From Massalongia carnosa (lineage: Eukaryota), in the NCBI GenBank assembly GCA_965645245.1, contig OZ287082.1, forward strand, positions 372,001 to 436,000: DNA of 64,000 nucleotides, written 5' to 3'. Positions within the stretch are counted from its first letter, which is position 1. Every line of letters begins with the position of its first letter. The position numbers and the translations under genes were made by a program. Below, in pieces: positions 36,955-48,591 of this stretch. The notes beneath the pieces are model-generated. The model ran no database searches and was not told the DNA's origin. It saw only the letters and a program-made list of their open reading frames with translations.

Positions 36955-37267
36955 ATCATCAAGCTATCCTAGTATCCATTTTCTAGTCGCGATTTTGTTA
37001 TTGACAATGAATTTAATCAAAATGTCATTTCCGATTTTTGTATTAAACAACATATTCAAGTTGATAGTAGTATCGACAGTTTGTTTCATGAGTTGAATTT
37101 CATCGAAATAGTGAATGCAATTCAATAACAAGTGTTCTGGTGTTTGTCGTTGATTGCATCGATTTGTGCATTTTGAGGAGTTATAATCTTTAAATCGATG
37201 TAAATATGATCGAAAATAGCCATGTCCGAATTTTAATTGCATAATAGTAGCTAATATCAATTTGGAA
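36955..37267 (-). mobile_element. Inverted fragment of family-A ORF2 C-terminus
   Basis: The minus strand reads SKLILATIMQLKFGHGYFRSYLHRF...KIATRKWILG. Confidence 0.88.
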
Positions 37268-40200
37268 CGGAAGGAAAATTCTACTAACGGAAGGGGCGAC
37301 CATGAACGAAAATCTCGTACCAAGAAGTGCACAGTGCGAAAGTGAGCATAGAAAGGTGAATGAGTCTCTGGTAATTAAAATCAAAGAGTATCTTGACCGT
37401 GTGGGTAACGTAGGAGACCCGATAGCGTTGCAAATTTTGCAGGAATCGAGAATTGTGCTGGAGGCACAAAATCAATTAGACAAAAAATCGCACGACACCA
37501 CACATGTGGTATCTGCTCTAAATGATATCAAAAGCACTTTACAGAGAAGTGAAAGCAGAATAGAGATCCCAACAGTAAGGAACTATGCCGCCGTCGCCGC
37601 GGCGGGACACCTCAATGAGGGCGGATCTGTGCCGGTTCGAAGCACTCTAAACAACGTAAAGACGCAGAAAGCGAAGGAACAAACACCAAGTATGATCAAA
37701 AGTGCAAGGGAACTCACCATACGAGTGACGAAGAGCGAGGATCGAGAAAGAAAAAAGCAAACGTCCACAAAGGACTTGGTAGAGGCGCTACAGAAGAGAA
37801 ATGCAGGAATAATAGGAGTATCGCGTCTCAACAGTGGAGACATTAGGATACATACCGAAACGGCAGCGATTAAGAAGTCTCTGTATGACAATACGGGCTG
37901 GGTGCGTGAAGTAGCCGCATCGGCAGCGGTGCAAAGGCGTACCTTTGCCATACAGGTACGTGGCGTCAGGATGCAACACATCGACGTCACCAATCAGACG
38001 AGAGCCATTGAGTACCTACATGCCGTTAATGCACGACTGCATGCGGGACTGAAGATCGTAAAGGTCGCTTGGTCCAACAAGGCCATCAGAGAAGGAAAAG
38101 TGCACTCTACGCTGCACATGGAAGTTGAAACTGCACCGATGGCCAACCGGCTCATCAACGAAGGTCTGCTCGTAGACTACGAGATCAAGCACTGTGAAAG
38201 ATTTCACAAAAATAACATACTAGTGCAATGCTTCAACTGCTATAAGTATGGGCATATCAGCAAATGGTGTAAACACCCCACGGCCTGTAGGCGTTGTGCC
38301 GGCGGATATCCTACGCACGAGTGCAATCCCGAGACGACCGGAGCCCACCCCATGTGTGCCACGTGCGAGAAGCCTGGTCACCTAGCGTGGTCCCCTGTGT
38401 GTGTGGTTCGAACGAAGGAGAAGAAGAAAGTAAACGACGCAAGGAAAAGAAAAGCGCATCTATACGAAGCTGAAGGGCTGGCGCTGGCGCCAGCATTCAA
38501 TTTCGGAGCCAGCAACCCCCCAGCAGAGGCAAGGACTACAACGGTAGACCTAGACTTACGGACGGAAGACTTACCTACCACGTGGAGTCTTATCAATGGG
38601 AAAAAAAAGGAAAATATCGCGCACAATAACCCAATCCGCCACACAGGCGAATGAGCCGAGGCTAAACATGAAACAAAATATCGATACCACAATTACTTTA
38701 AAAATGTTGTTTAATACTAGGATCGGAAATAATATTTTGATTAAATTTATTGTTGATAACAAAATCGCGACTAGAAAATGGATGCTAGGTCAGCTCGATG
38801 ACGAAAATATCGAAACCGGAGGTTGGGGAGAGATCGAACAGTAAAATTAGAAATGATTTATGCTGGAATATTTACGAGCTTTACAAAAACAAATTGTAAA
38901 ATCGATATTTCGATTACTAAAGGTTGTTACTAACACGGAGTAAAAACGGGGCAATATTGACGATAGATAGTTGGGTTATAAAGGGTTGATTTATTTGTAA
39001 AATAAAACCATATCTTAAAATAGTTTAGTGTCATAACCTTAGGTTGAATACACTTAATGAATAAATAAAAAAAAAAAAGAATGAGCCGAGGAGTCTATCA
39101 GGTGCCGAGACCGGAATCACATGGAAGGACATCGAGATCATGAACCCGGCAAACAGAATAAGGGCGATGGCGAAGCCCACTCTGGGTAGACCCCCCAACG
39201 CTGTCAATAGTGCCCCCTGCCCCCCTACTACCCTATCTCCTCCCATCCCTCTCCCATCTAAACCAGCAGTCACCCTAACCGCTCCGCCCCCCACCAACCA
39301 TCCCACCGCGACCGCTCCGCAAGGGGCCCACTTGGAAGTACAAATCCCTACCCAATCGAAAACGACTCCCTCGAGAGACATGGATGAAGCTTTATGAAGG
39401 ACAAAAAATTAATTAGCATCCTACAGTACAATGTCAGAAATGATCGCGTAAGTACTATGATACCATTGCTAGCGGATTCAAATATACAGGACTACGACAT
39501 CATAGCAATCCAGGAGCCGTGGCGCAAACCCCACGCTGCGACCACGCTCAGCCCGCATCAAAGCGGCTTTCATCTACTCTATCGGCCAGGAGGTGACACG
39601 AGAGTGTGCTTCTACATCAACGATAAAATAGATCCGGAAAGCGGGAAAGTGGAATTTCCAACCGCTGACATATGCATATTGATATTGCACCCCCGCGAGA
39701 ATGACGGAAGCCACAAGGAAATACATATTCACATCGTCTATAATGCATCACCCACCTTATATTCTTCAAGAGACAGCCCCTCCACCCTCCCAGATGCTCA
39801 ACGCCAGCTCTCCGCCGACGCTCATCACATCTTACTCGGGGATTTTAATCTACACCATCCTTTCTGGAATGGAGCCACCAGACCCACGCAACACGCAGCC
39901 GCGGATCAGCTGCTAGATATAGTCAATGAAGCCAATCTGTCGCTAACCCTGCCAAATGGAACCGTCACATGGGAAGCCCGAAACTCATTCAGCACCATCG
40001 ATTTGGTTTTCATGTCAGAATTCCTAACAGAGAGGCTAATTCACTGCATGTCAAGACCAGAACTCAATCAGTCATCCGATCACATTCCGATATCCTCCCG
40101 TATCTCTTTGGAATGTAAGACACTAATACAGACAAAACGCAGAGCCTGGAAGCTGCTGAACATGGAAAAGTTGAGAACAGCAGAATGCAACGCTCCCCCA

Positions 40201-41823
40201 ATAACACTTCCTTGCACAGTAGAGGAGATTGATCGACAGACGGATAAAATACAAAAGTTCTTACATGAAATAATATCTGCGGCCGTTCCATGGGCAAGGT
40301 CTAGTGCTTATGCAAAACTATTCTGGAACGAGGACTGCAACAACGCCATGAGAGAAACACGCAGAATTCGAAAAATTTGGACAGCCTCTCGAAATATCAA
40401 TGACTGGAAAACGTACATGAAATCGAATGACAAAAAGCAAAAGATAATCAAGAAAGCTAAAACATTGTCATTCCGAAACGAGATCAGTAAAGCGTCTGAA
40501 TCATCTCAGGGCATATGGCGGCTGGCGAAATGGGCAAAGGACAAGAGTCACAAGGCGCGCGAAACACCATAAATGCCAAAACTGAATTTCAACAATCACA
40601 GCGCGAACACCTTTGAAGAGAAGGCTGAAATGCTGAAAGGCATCTTCATTCCTGCTCCGCCTCCGGCGGGTCTACAGGACATACCCGGGTCGGTCTATCC
40701 GGTAGCCTCGGAGTGCCCAACAGTCATAATGAAGAAAGAGGTGCTCACGAACATTCTACGCCTCAAACCTGACACGGCTCCTGGACCGGATGGCATACCC
40801 AACAGAGTTCACAAAGCGTGCTCTGAGACGCTGACAGAGTTGTTAACTCCTCTATTTCAGGCGTGCGTAAATCTGGGATATCACCCGCGAGCATTCAGAA
40901 CAGCGCACACGATAACGCTGAAAAAGGCGGGCAAAGACAATTACGAAACGCCGAAGGCCTATCGCCCGATAGCACTGCTGAATACGCTAGGCAAGGTGAT
41001 GGAAGCCATCATGGCAAGCAAGATCACTCACATGGCCGAAAAGCACGAGTTACTACCAGGCACCCAGATGGGAGCCAGACGGGAAAGGTCTACCGAGTCA
41101 GCACTAGAGCTGTTAACCGAACAGATTCACAAAGTGTGGGGTCAAGGTAATGATAATGTTGCCACGCTGCTCAGCATGGACGTGGCCGGCGCGTACGACA
41201 CGGTTTCACATCAAAGACTGATCCACAATCTTCGAAGAAGAAAAATTCCACAGTGGGTCACCAACTGGATATAATGCTTTTTGAAAAACAGAAGGATCAC
41301 TCTTACGATCAACCGACGAACCACCGACGAGTTTGATGCCAGAACCGGAATTCCACAAGGTTTACCCATCTCTCCCATTCTGTATTTGTTCTACAATGCG
41401 GATTTACTAGACATATGTAACAGGCCCGGCACGAAAACGAGCGGACTCGGATTCGTCGATGACATCAATATACTAGCAAATGGGAAAAGCACGCAAGAAA
41501 ATTGCAGAACGCTAGAAATAATTCACAGAGAATGTGAAAGATGGGCTCTACGGCACGGATCCTTATTTGCTCCGACTAAGTACGAGCTTATTCATTTATC
41601 TAGAAATCCAAAGAAATTTGATTTGACGGCTACTATTAATATAGAAAACAGCCTAATCAAACCAAAAACGGATATAAGAATACTCGGTCTTCAAAATAGA
41701 TACTAAACTTAAGTGGGGTGCTCACATACGGAAAACGCAGGAGAAGATGGTCAAGCAGAGCATGGCCTTAACAAAAATCTCCACGTCTACATGGGGAGCT
41801 TCGTTCGCTAGGGCAAGGCAAGG
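37268..41823 (+). mobile_element. Family-B Tad1-like LINE, 3'-truncated (ORF1 with CCHC knuckles; ORF2 EN-RT with stops)
   Basis: ORF1 from 37302 (QCFNCYKYGHISKWC), resuming after an insertion to 39397. ORF2 from 39394 (QYNVR, IQEPW, GDFNLHH, SDH, FVDD). Stops at 40570 and 41272; frameshift ~41700. Confidence 0.92.
38662..39078 (+). mobile_element. 5'-truncated family-A LINE 3' end inserted into family-B ORF1
   Basis: TSD GAATGAGCCGAGG at 38649-38661 and 39079-39091; poly-A tail; near-identical to the reverse complement of 48361-48775. Confidence 0.93.
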
Positions 41824-42750
41824 AAGCTGACCTAGTATCCATTTTCTTGGAAAGACCACCTATCGAAACACAAGTACCGCAACTTTGATACTCTAAAAAC
41901 TTTCACAGTCAATTGAACATCTCTTTCTCAGTCATTTGAGCTCCTCCAGAGCAAAAACGGACTCAGATTGAGTGTAGGAGAGCTCTAGCAAAGCTCCAGA
42001 AGAGATTTTCTGCTGGTGGCACGCGACAGACGTGATAAAGCGCGCTCAAGAAGTTATAAAAAACAACAAATACCAACAATATCACCAAAAATCGCTCTTT
42101 TTTCTCACTTTCTTCTGTTCTGTTGTCGCATTACCCTCAATTATTACAACAAGAATTATCTACAAAAAATATCTACTGTCGCGGTACTGTACAACAACTG
42201 TCGCGACGACCAACTTTTTTGAAGTTCATTTCTCATTTAAGGTTACGGGAACTTCCGCAAGCTCAAATATTCACAGTATATTTCACGTATAATTTCTGCA
42301 TATACCATTTTAGGCTTTATCGATCTCCATTGAACGGCCGGTCAACAGATCACTGAAAAGAAGGGGAAAAACGTCTGGAATAGGATTATACCAAAGATCC
42401 TATTTCAGATTAATCAGAATAGGAAGTCTCTTATTATCTTACCTTGCCTTAGATCTATTTTTATCGCAAAAAAGCAAAAAAAACCCTTTCATTATTTTCA
42501 ACTATTGTAGTGTCTGGTAAAGGGTTAAATAAGATTTACTGCCTAAGCGAGGAACGGTCTATTTTAACCCGATTAGGATTTATTTGACGAGTTATTGTCA
42601 TATAAATAGGGATAGGAAAGCAAGAGTCGTTAGACCTGTAAATTGGTGTAAATTTCTATTCTGATTAGTACGTCCGGGGAACATCAGAATAAATTATTTG
42701 GTGGTGATAAAAGGGATATTGAAAAGGCATATCGATTTATTTATTAAATC

Positions 42751-44325
42751 ATGTTCAATCCGGTACTCCCTAGGACTCGACGAATTATATCGAGAGCCTC
42801 CCCGGGAACACCCCTGAGCACTCCTCAAAACCCTCCCCAAATGGAATCTCCGGGGCTCTCGTCAGTAGGACTTATAGAAAAATCGCCTGTACTTGACGAG
42901 CCTATGGATCAATCACATGAATATTCGTCCGCCCCGACTACGCCGACCCCAAAAGCAACCAAATTCCCATCTGGACAATTTACTACCAATCTACCCATGC
43001 CATCGTTAAATTCTAATATAGAATTAAGCCCGCCCATCAAACGTAACAAACGAAAAACATTCGACGAACGAGTAGAGGAAAGCCAAGAAGCAATCAATCG
43101 AGCACAATCGATTGGATTACTCAAAACGGCTAAAACCGCGTTATTGAAGTCATTTGTCTTAGATCAAAATCCAGAAACAGCAATAGTCATTGATAATGTC
43201 AATTCCTTATTGACAAAAAAATCAATTAATATCAAAACAACACTAGACATGTTGAATTGGAAATTGGACAAGGTAATTGATCAGACTAGTAATCGAACCT
43301 CAGAAACAACGCGAAAATCGACTCGGGTTCAACAAGTCAATATGACTGAAAATCCAAATAAAGTCGTCAACACGAACGCACGAAAGGAAACCGCCGGGGT
43401 TACGAGTACAAAGGTCAATAACACGCCTCTATCCTGGAGTCAAATGCTTGGAAAAGCAACTGCGAATTCCGAAAACTGGACCACTGTTTCCAGATTGAAA
43501 AATTCGAGTCAAACCTTGAACAAACTCGACAAAACCGACGAATTAAATGCAATCAAACTCAGACGACTGATAATTACACCAAAAATTCAAATCGGCGATA
43601 TCGACTCATTGAAACTTCGAGATCAAATCAACGCGCAATTCAGCAACGCGAAGTTAGATATCGTAATCAACACGGTCGAAAAATCGAAAACCGGTCAGAA
43701 TATCGTTCTCACTACTAGTTCGAAAAACACTGCTGCAGAATTGTTGGAAAACAAATCTATATGGGAACATATGTTCGATGCACAAAGAATTCGAAAAGAC
43801 GAATCCTGGTTTAAAGTGATCGCACATGGAGTAAATATTGCAACGTTTGATCAAAATATGCAATTTTTGCAAAATGAAATCCAGAAATTCAACCTTAACA
43901 TGGAATTGTGCGATTTACCCAGATGGCTAGCGCGAGATCGCGAAAATAAAGTCAATTCTTCGGTCGTTTTGACTTTTAACGATCGAAATCAGGCCTTAAA
44001 CGCGTTAAAAGGCGTAAATATCGCGGGAAAACACTGTGACACGGAAATATTTACTTCCGTTCGTCCGAATACACAATGTATTAATTGTCAAAAATTCGGA
44101 CACAAGCATTATCAGTGTCGAATCAAATCAAAATGCAATATTTGTGCACAAAATCATGAAACACGTAATCATGAATGCATAACATGCAAATCGAAAACTG
44201 CGTGTGCACACGTTGTTGTGAAATGTGCAAACTGCAATAAAAATCATCAATCAAATGATGAACATTGCGAAATGTTTACTGCATTAAATCCACGAAAATC
44301 GGCTGACGAATTATCCGCCTTATAA
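42751..44325 (+). CDS. LINE ORF1 gag-like nucleic-acid-binding protein, 524 aa
   Basis: Open frame; CINCQKFGHKHYQC, CNICAQNHETRNHEC and CANCNKNH knuckles; TAATG overlap with ORF2. Confidence 0.9.
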   Translation: MFNPVLPRTRRIISRASPGTPLSTPQNPPQMESPGLSSVGLIEKSPVLDEPMDQSHEYSSAPTTPTPKATKFPSGQFTTNLPMPSLNSNIELSPPIKRNKRKTFDERVEESQEAINRAQSIGLLKTAKTALLKSFVLDQNPETAIVIDNVNSLLTKKSINIKTTLDMLNWKLDKVIDQTSNRTSETTRKSTRVQQVNMTENPNKVVNTNARKETAGVTSTKVNNTPLSWSQMLGKATANSENWTTVSRLKNSSQTLNKLDKTDELNAIKLRRLIITPKIQIGDIDSLKLRDQINAQFSNAKLDIVINTVEKSKTGQNIVLTTSSKNTAAELLENKSIWEHMFDAQRIRKDESWFKVIAHGVNIATFDQNMQFLQNEIQKFNLNMELCDLPRWLARDRENKVNSSVVLTFNDRNQALNALKGVNIAGKHCDTEIFTSVRPNTQCINCQKFGHKHYQCRIKSKCNICAQNHETRNHECITCKSKTACAHVVVKCANCNKNHQSNDEHCEMFTALNPRKSADELSAL

Positions 44326-47300
44326 TGGCAGGACAGCATTCGTTGGCAAATATAGAAAATACTCACAATGTCAAATTTATTCAACACAACTGTGGAAGGT
44401 CAACGAATGCAATGATTTCGTGTTTGGAATATACTTTATCAAATCAAATTGATATTGTTTTGTTTCAGGAACCATGGACACGAGATCAAAAAACAATATC
44501 ACATCCGTCATTTACATGCATTATGCCGAAAATAGCAACTTATCGCTCGAGAGTAGCTATATTTGTCACAAAATGCAATCCCAAACTGCAATGCACGCCT
44601 AGAACGGATCTTATTGACGATTCCGATATGCAAATTATTGAAATTACAATTGATGAAGTTCGAAAAGTGCAGATTTTCAATATTTATAACGAAAAAATTC
44701 AAAATGATCGAGAAACATACACGATCGATCGACTTTTAATCAAATATCAACCTACATCAACTAATCAATTCATCATATGTGGAGATTTCAATGCACATCA
44801 TAACTGGTGGAATTCGAAAATTCAACATGCAATTCGATCAGAAAATTTAGTCAAATGGTTGAAAATAAACAAATGTAGTTTGATAAACACACCTGATTTA
44901 TGCACATTCTACGCCCATTCTGGAAGTTCATCATCTGTGATTGATTTAACATTTGCAAATTCCAAAATCGAAAATGCAATTACAAACTGGGCAATCGATG
45001 AAAACGCAGTCACAGGTTCAGATCATGAAGTCATCCGATTTGAACTAATCGCATCTTTCAAGAATTTGACGTCACATGCAACCGCATTATCGAATAAATA
45101 CAATTGTAATAAAGCCGATTGGAATAAATTCGCGAAGTTTCTAGACGAAAATTCAATCGACTACGGATCAAAAGTTCAAAGTTTATTGAATAATCATCAG
45201 TTCGACGAATCAGCGATACATTTGAAAAAAATTATCAAAAACGCGGCTGAAATGTTTATTCCGAAAACAAAAATATGTGCAAAATCGAAAAATTGGTGGT
45301 CGCAAGATTTAACCGAACTTCGAAAAATCATGTGCAGGCATCTTCGAGAATGGAAGAATTATCCGTCCGATTTTAGTCATCGGACGTTTAAACATAGTCG
45401 AATTGAGTATTTTCATGCAATTCGAAAAGCAAAACAACAAAACTGGTTGACTTTTCTAGAAAATGCAGCGAATAAAGACGTGTTTACCGCGTATAAATAT
45501 ACTAAACCGCACATATTCGAAAAAATACCGCCTATTCTACATGAAAATAAGCTTAATATTCAGTTGATGACAAATGCGATGCGTTTGTGTCAGCAATGTA
45601 CACAAAAAACCCATTTATAGACGATAATGTCGAAGATTTACCAAATCAAGACAGCGAAAATGATGATAATTGGCCAGATTTGACCGAAAACGAGCTGCAA
45701 AATGCGATTAATTTATTTAATCCGAAGAAAGCATGTGGACCTGATGCAATCAATTTTACAATTGTTCAAAAATCGTTTCAATCGTTGAAAAACGTGTTTT
45801 TCATGATTTATTCGAAATTCATTCGAATCGGTTATCACCCGTTATGCTGGCGGACAGGACTCGGTGCAGTTCTGAAAAAACCTAATAAATCAGACTATTC
45901 GCTACCAAAATCATATCGAATTATCACATTACTAAATTGTCTTGGTAAAATTGCTGAGAAAATCGTTGCAAATCGACTAGCCTACTTCGGCGAAAATTCG
46001 AATTTACTAGATATCGAACAGATGGGCGGACGCAAAAATCATTCTGCAATTGACGCAGTAATGAACGTCGTTCATGATATCGAAATTGCGAATCGAAATA
46101 AAAGCGTTTTATCCTGTTTATTACTCGATGTCAAAGGCGCATTTGACTTTGTCTCGATTAATCAACTGCTAAATGTCATGAAAAAGCTGAAATTATCTCG
46201 CATAATAATTCAATGGGTCAAGCATTTCATGACAAAACGATCGATCAATTTGATATTCGATGAAAACAAAAGCAAAACATATTATGTCGAATCAGGAATT
46301 CCACAAGGTTCACCAATCTCGCCTATTCTATTTCTGATTTACATTCGTCACTTGTTTCCGAAAATACGAATGAAATTTAATGCACATTCTCCCAGTTTTA
46401 TTGACGATGTTGCAATATATGTCGAAAATAAAACTGCAAAACAAAATTGCAAAGAAATCGAAATCATAGTCAAAACAGCTTTTGATTGGGCCGCATCGAA
46501 TAATGTCAAATTTGATGACGATAAATCCGAGCTGATTCACTTCGAAAAGACAAGAAATGTATCGAAAGACACATTGGAATTACCAAACGGGACAGTACTA
46601 GAACCGAAAAATGTAGTCAAATGGTTGGGCGTCTGGTTAGACCGGAAACTGAATTTCAAAAAACACGTCGAAACGCGAATCTCTTCTGCGAATCGATCGT
46701 TTTTTGCAATTTAGAATTTGATGAAATCCGAATGGGGTCTGAAACCGACCGCATGCAGACAGCTCTATTTGTCATGCATTATTCCTATTTCGGACTATGG
46801 CTCAGAAATTTGGTATAATGGTCAAAAGAAATATGAAAAACTATTTCAGAACCTACAAAATCGAATGATTCGAAAGATTTTAGGAACTTTCAAAACCACA
46901 CCTATTCAGGCGATGGAAATTGAATCACATGTTTTACCAGTTAAACTTCGATTATTAAAGAAAAATCAAAAATACGCAATTCGATTATTGAAGATTGCCG
47001 AAAATAACCCTATTTGTCAAAGAATTCCAAATACATATTCGATAAAATTCGAAAACATCGGTTTTAACACTAGTTTATGGAACAACAAATATGCCGAATG
47101 GAACGAAGACGAAAAACAAACAAATAAACGACATCCTAGTCAGCTCATTCGCGTTCTTCATTCCGTTTCCGACATAGTTCACAAAACTGATGAGTTTGAA
47201 CAATCAAATCATTTTATTAAACCTTGGAAATCGCCGTGCAAAATCGAATTTCAAATCGAAAATACAAAGGAATCTGCTAAATGAAGTTATTATTCGACCT

Positions 47301-48337
47301 TATCCAAATTCCAATCAATGAACTCCGATAAATCCCGAGTTTTACTTTATACGGATGGATCAAAAATCGAATTTGCAACGTCTGCAGTCACATTTGCGCC
47401 AATTATGAGGAATTGGAGTAGTATTATCAATAATTTTGATCGATTTATCGAAAAAGATTGTCTGATCAAGTATCATACGATTTCGAAAAGCTGGAAATTA
47501 AGCAAACAGTCAAGCATTAAAAATGCTGAACTGCATGCAATTTTACAAGCAATGAAATGGGTCTATAAATTGTCTAATACTAATATTTTATCGAACTTGG
47601 AAAAAACGATTTGGATTTTTTCTGATAGTATAAACGCGATAAACGAAATTCAGAACTTGAAAAATCATATTTTCGCAAGACAAATTCGAAAGCTCGCAAA
47701 ACGCTTATTTGAAAGCAATTATCAGGTGATTTTGCAATGGGTTCCGAGTCATTCGAATATTACCGAAAACGAAATTGCAGACAAAATAGCAAAGACAGGC
47801 CATAATCAAATCCTAGTCGAGTCCTCGGCTATAACATTTGATTATGTAAAAGATCAAATAAATCAAAATATGCTAACCACATGGACGAATCAATGGCAAC
47901 AATGCAAATCAAAAGGCAAATACTACGAGAAATTCGAAATGAAACCTGGCATATCGAGATTTTATTATTTATCAAACAACTGTTCCAAATTGATATTTGC
48001 TACTATTATGCAATTAAAATTCGGACACGGCTATTTTCGATCATATTTACATCGATTGAAAGATTATAATTCGTCAAAATGCTCAAATCGATGCAATCAA
48101 CGACAAACGCCAGAACACTTGTTATTGAATTGCATTCACTATTTCGATAAAATTCAAAACATGAAACAAAATATCGATACTACGATCAACTTGAATATGT
48201 TGTTTAATACAAAAATCGGAAATGACATTTTGATTAAATTCATTGTCAATAACAAAATCGCGACTAGAAAATGGATACTAGGTCAGCTTGATGACGATAT
48301 TTTCGAAACTGGAGGTTGGGGAGAGATCGAACAGTAA
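44325..48337 (+). pseudogene. LINE ORF2 (APE endonuclease, RT, RNase H, zinc finger), disrupted
   Basis: QEPW, GDFNAH, GSDH, PQGSPISP, FIDD, YTDGSK, FSDS, WVPSH. 1-nt deletion near 45565; stops at 46712 and 47282. Confidence 0.93.
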
Positions 48338-48591
48338 AATCAGAAACGATTTATGCTGAATTTTTTTTTATTTATTCATTAAGTGTATTCAACCTAAGGT
48401 TATGACACTAAACTATTTTAAGATATGGTTTTATTTTACAAATAAATCAACCCTTTATAACCCAACTATCTATCGTCAATATTGCCCCGTTTTTACTCCG
48501 TGTTAGTAACAACCTTTAGTAATCGAAATATCGATTTTAAAATTTGTTTTTGTAAAGCTCGTAAATATTCCAGCATAAATCATTTCTAATT

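Larger units (their letters stand above)
28506..36955 (+). mobile_element. Family-A LINE copy 1 (5'UTR, broken ORF1, 5' part of ORF2), hosting two nested insertions
   Basis: 5'UTR is homologous to 41848-42750. ORF1 pieces at 33501, 34029, 34312 and 35279; ORF2 endonuclease from 35635 (MAGQHSL). Nested insertions at 29094-33096 and 34544-35094. Confidence 0.9.
41848..48360 (+). mobile_element. Near full-length family-A LINE (copy 2), 3'UTR cut off
   Basis: ~900-bp 5'UTR, intact ORF1, and ORF2 with EN-RT-RNase H-zinc finger. Stops 23 bp into the 3'UTR, at the poly-T of the opposite element. Confidence 0.94.
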
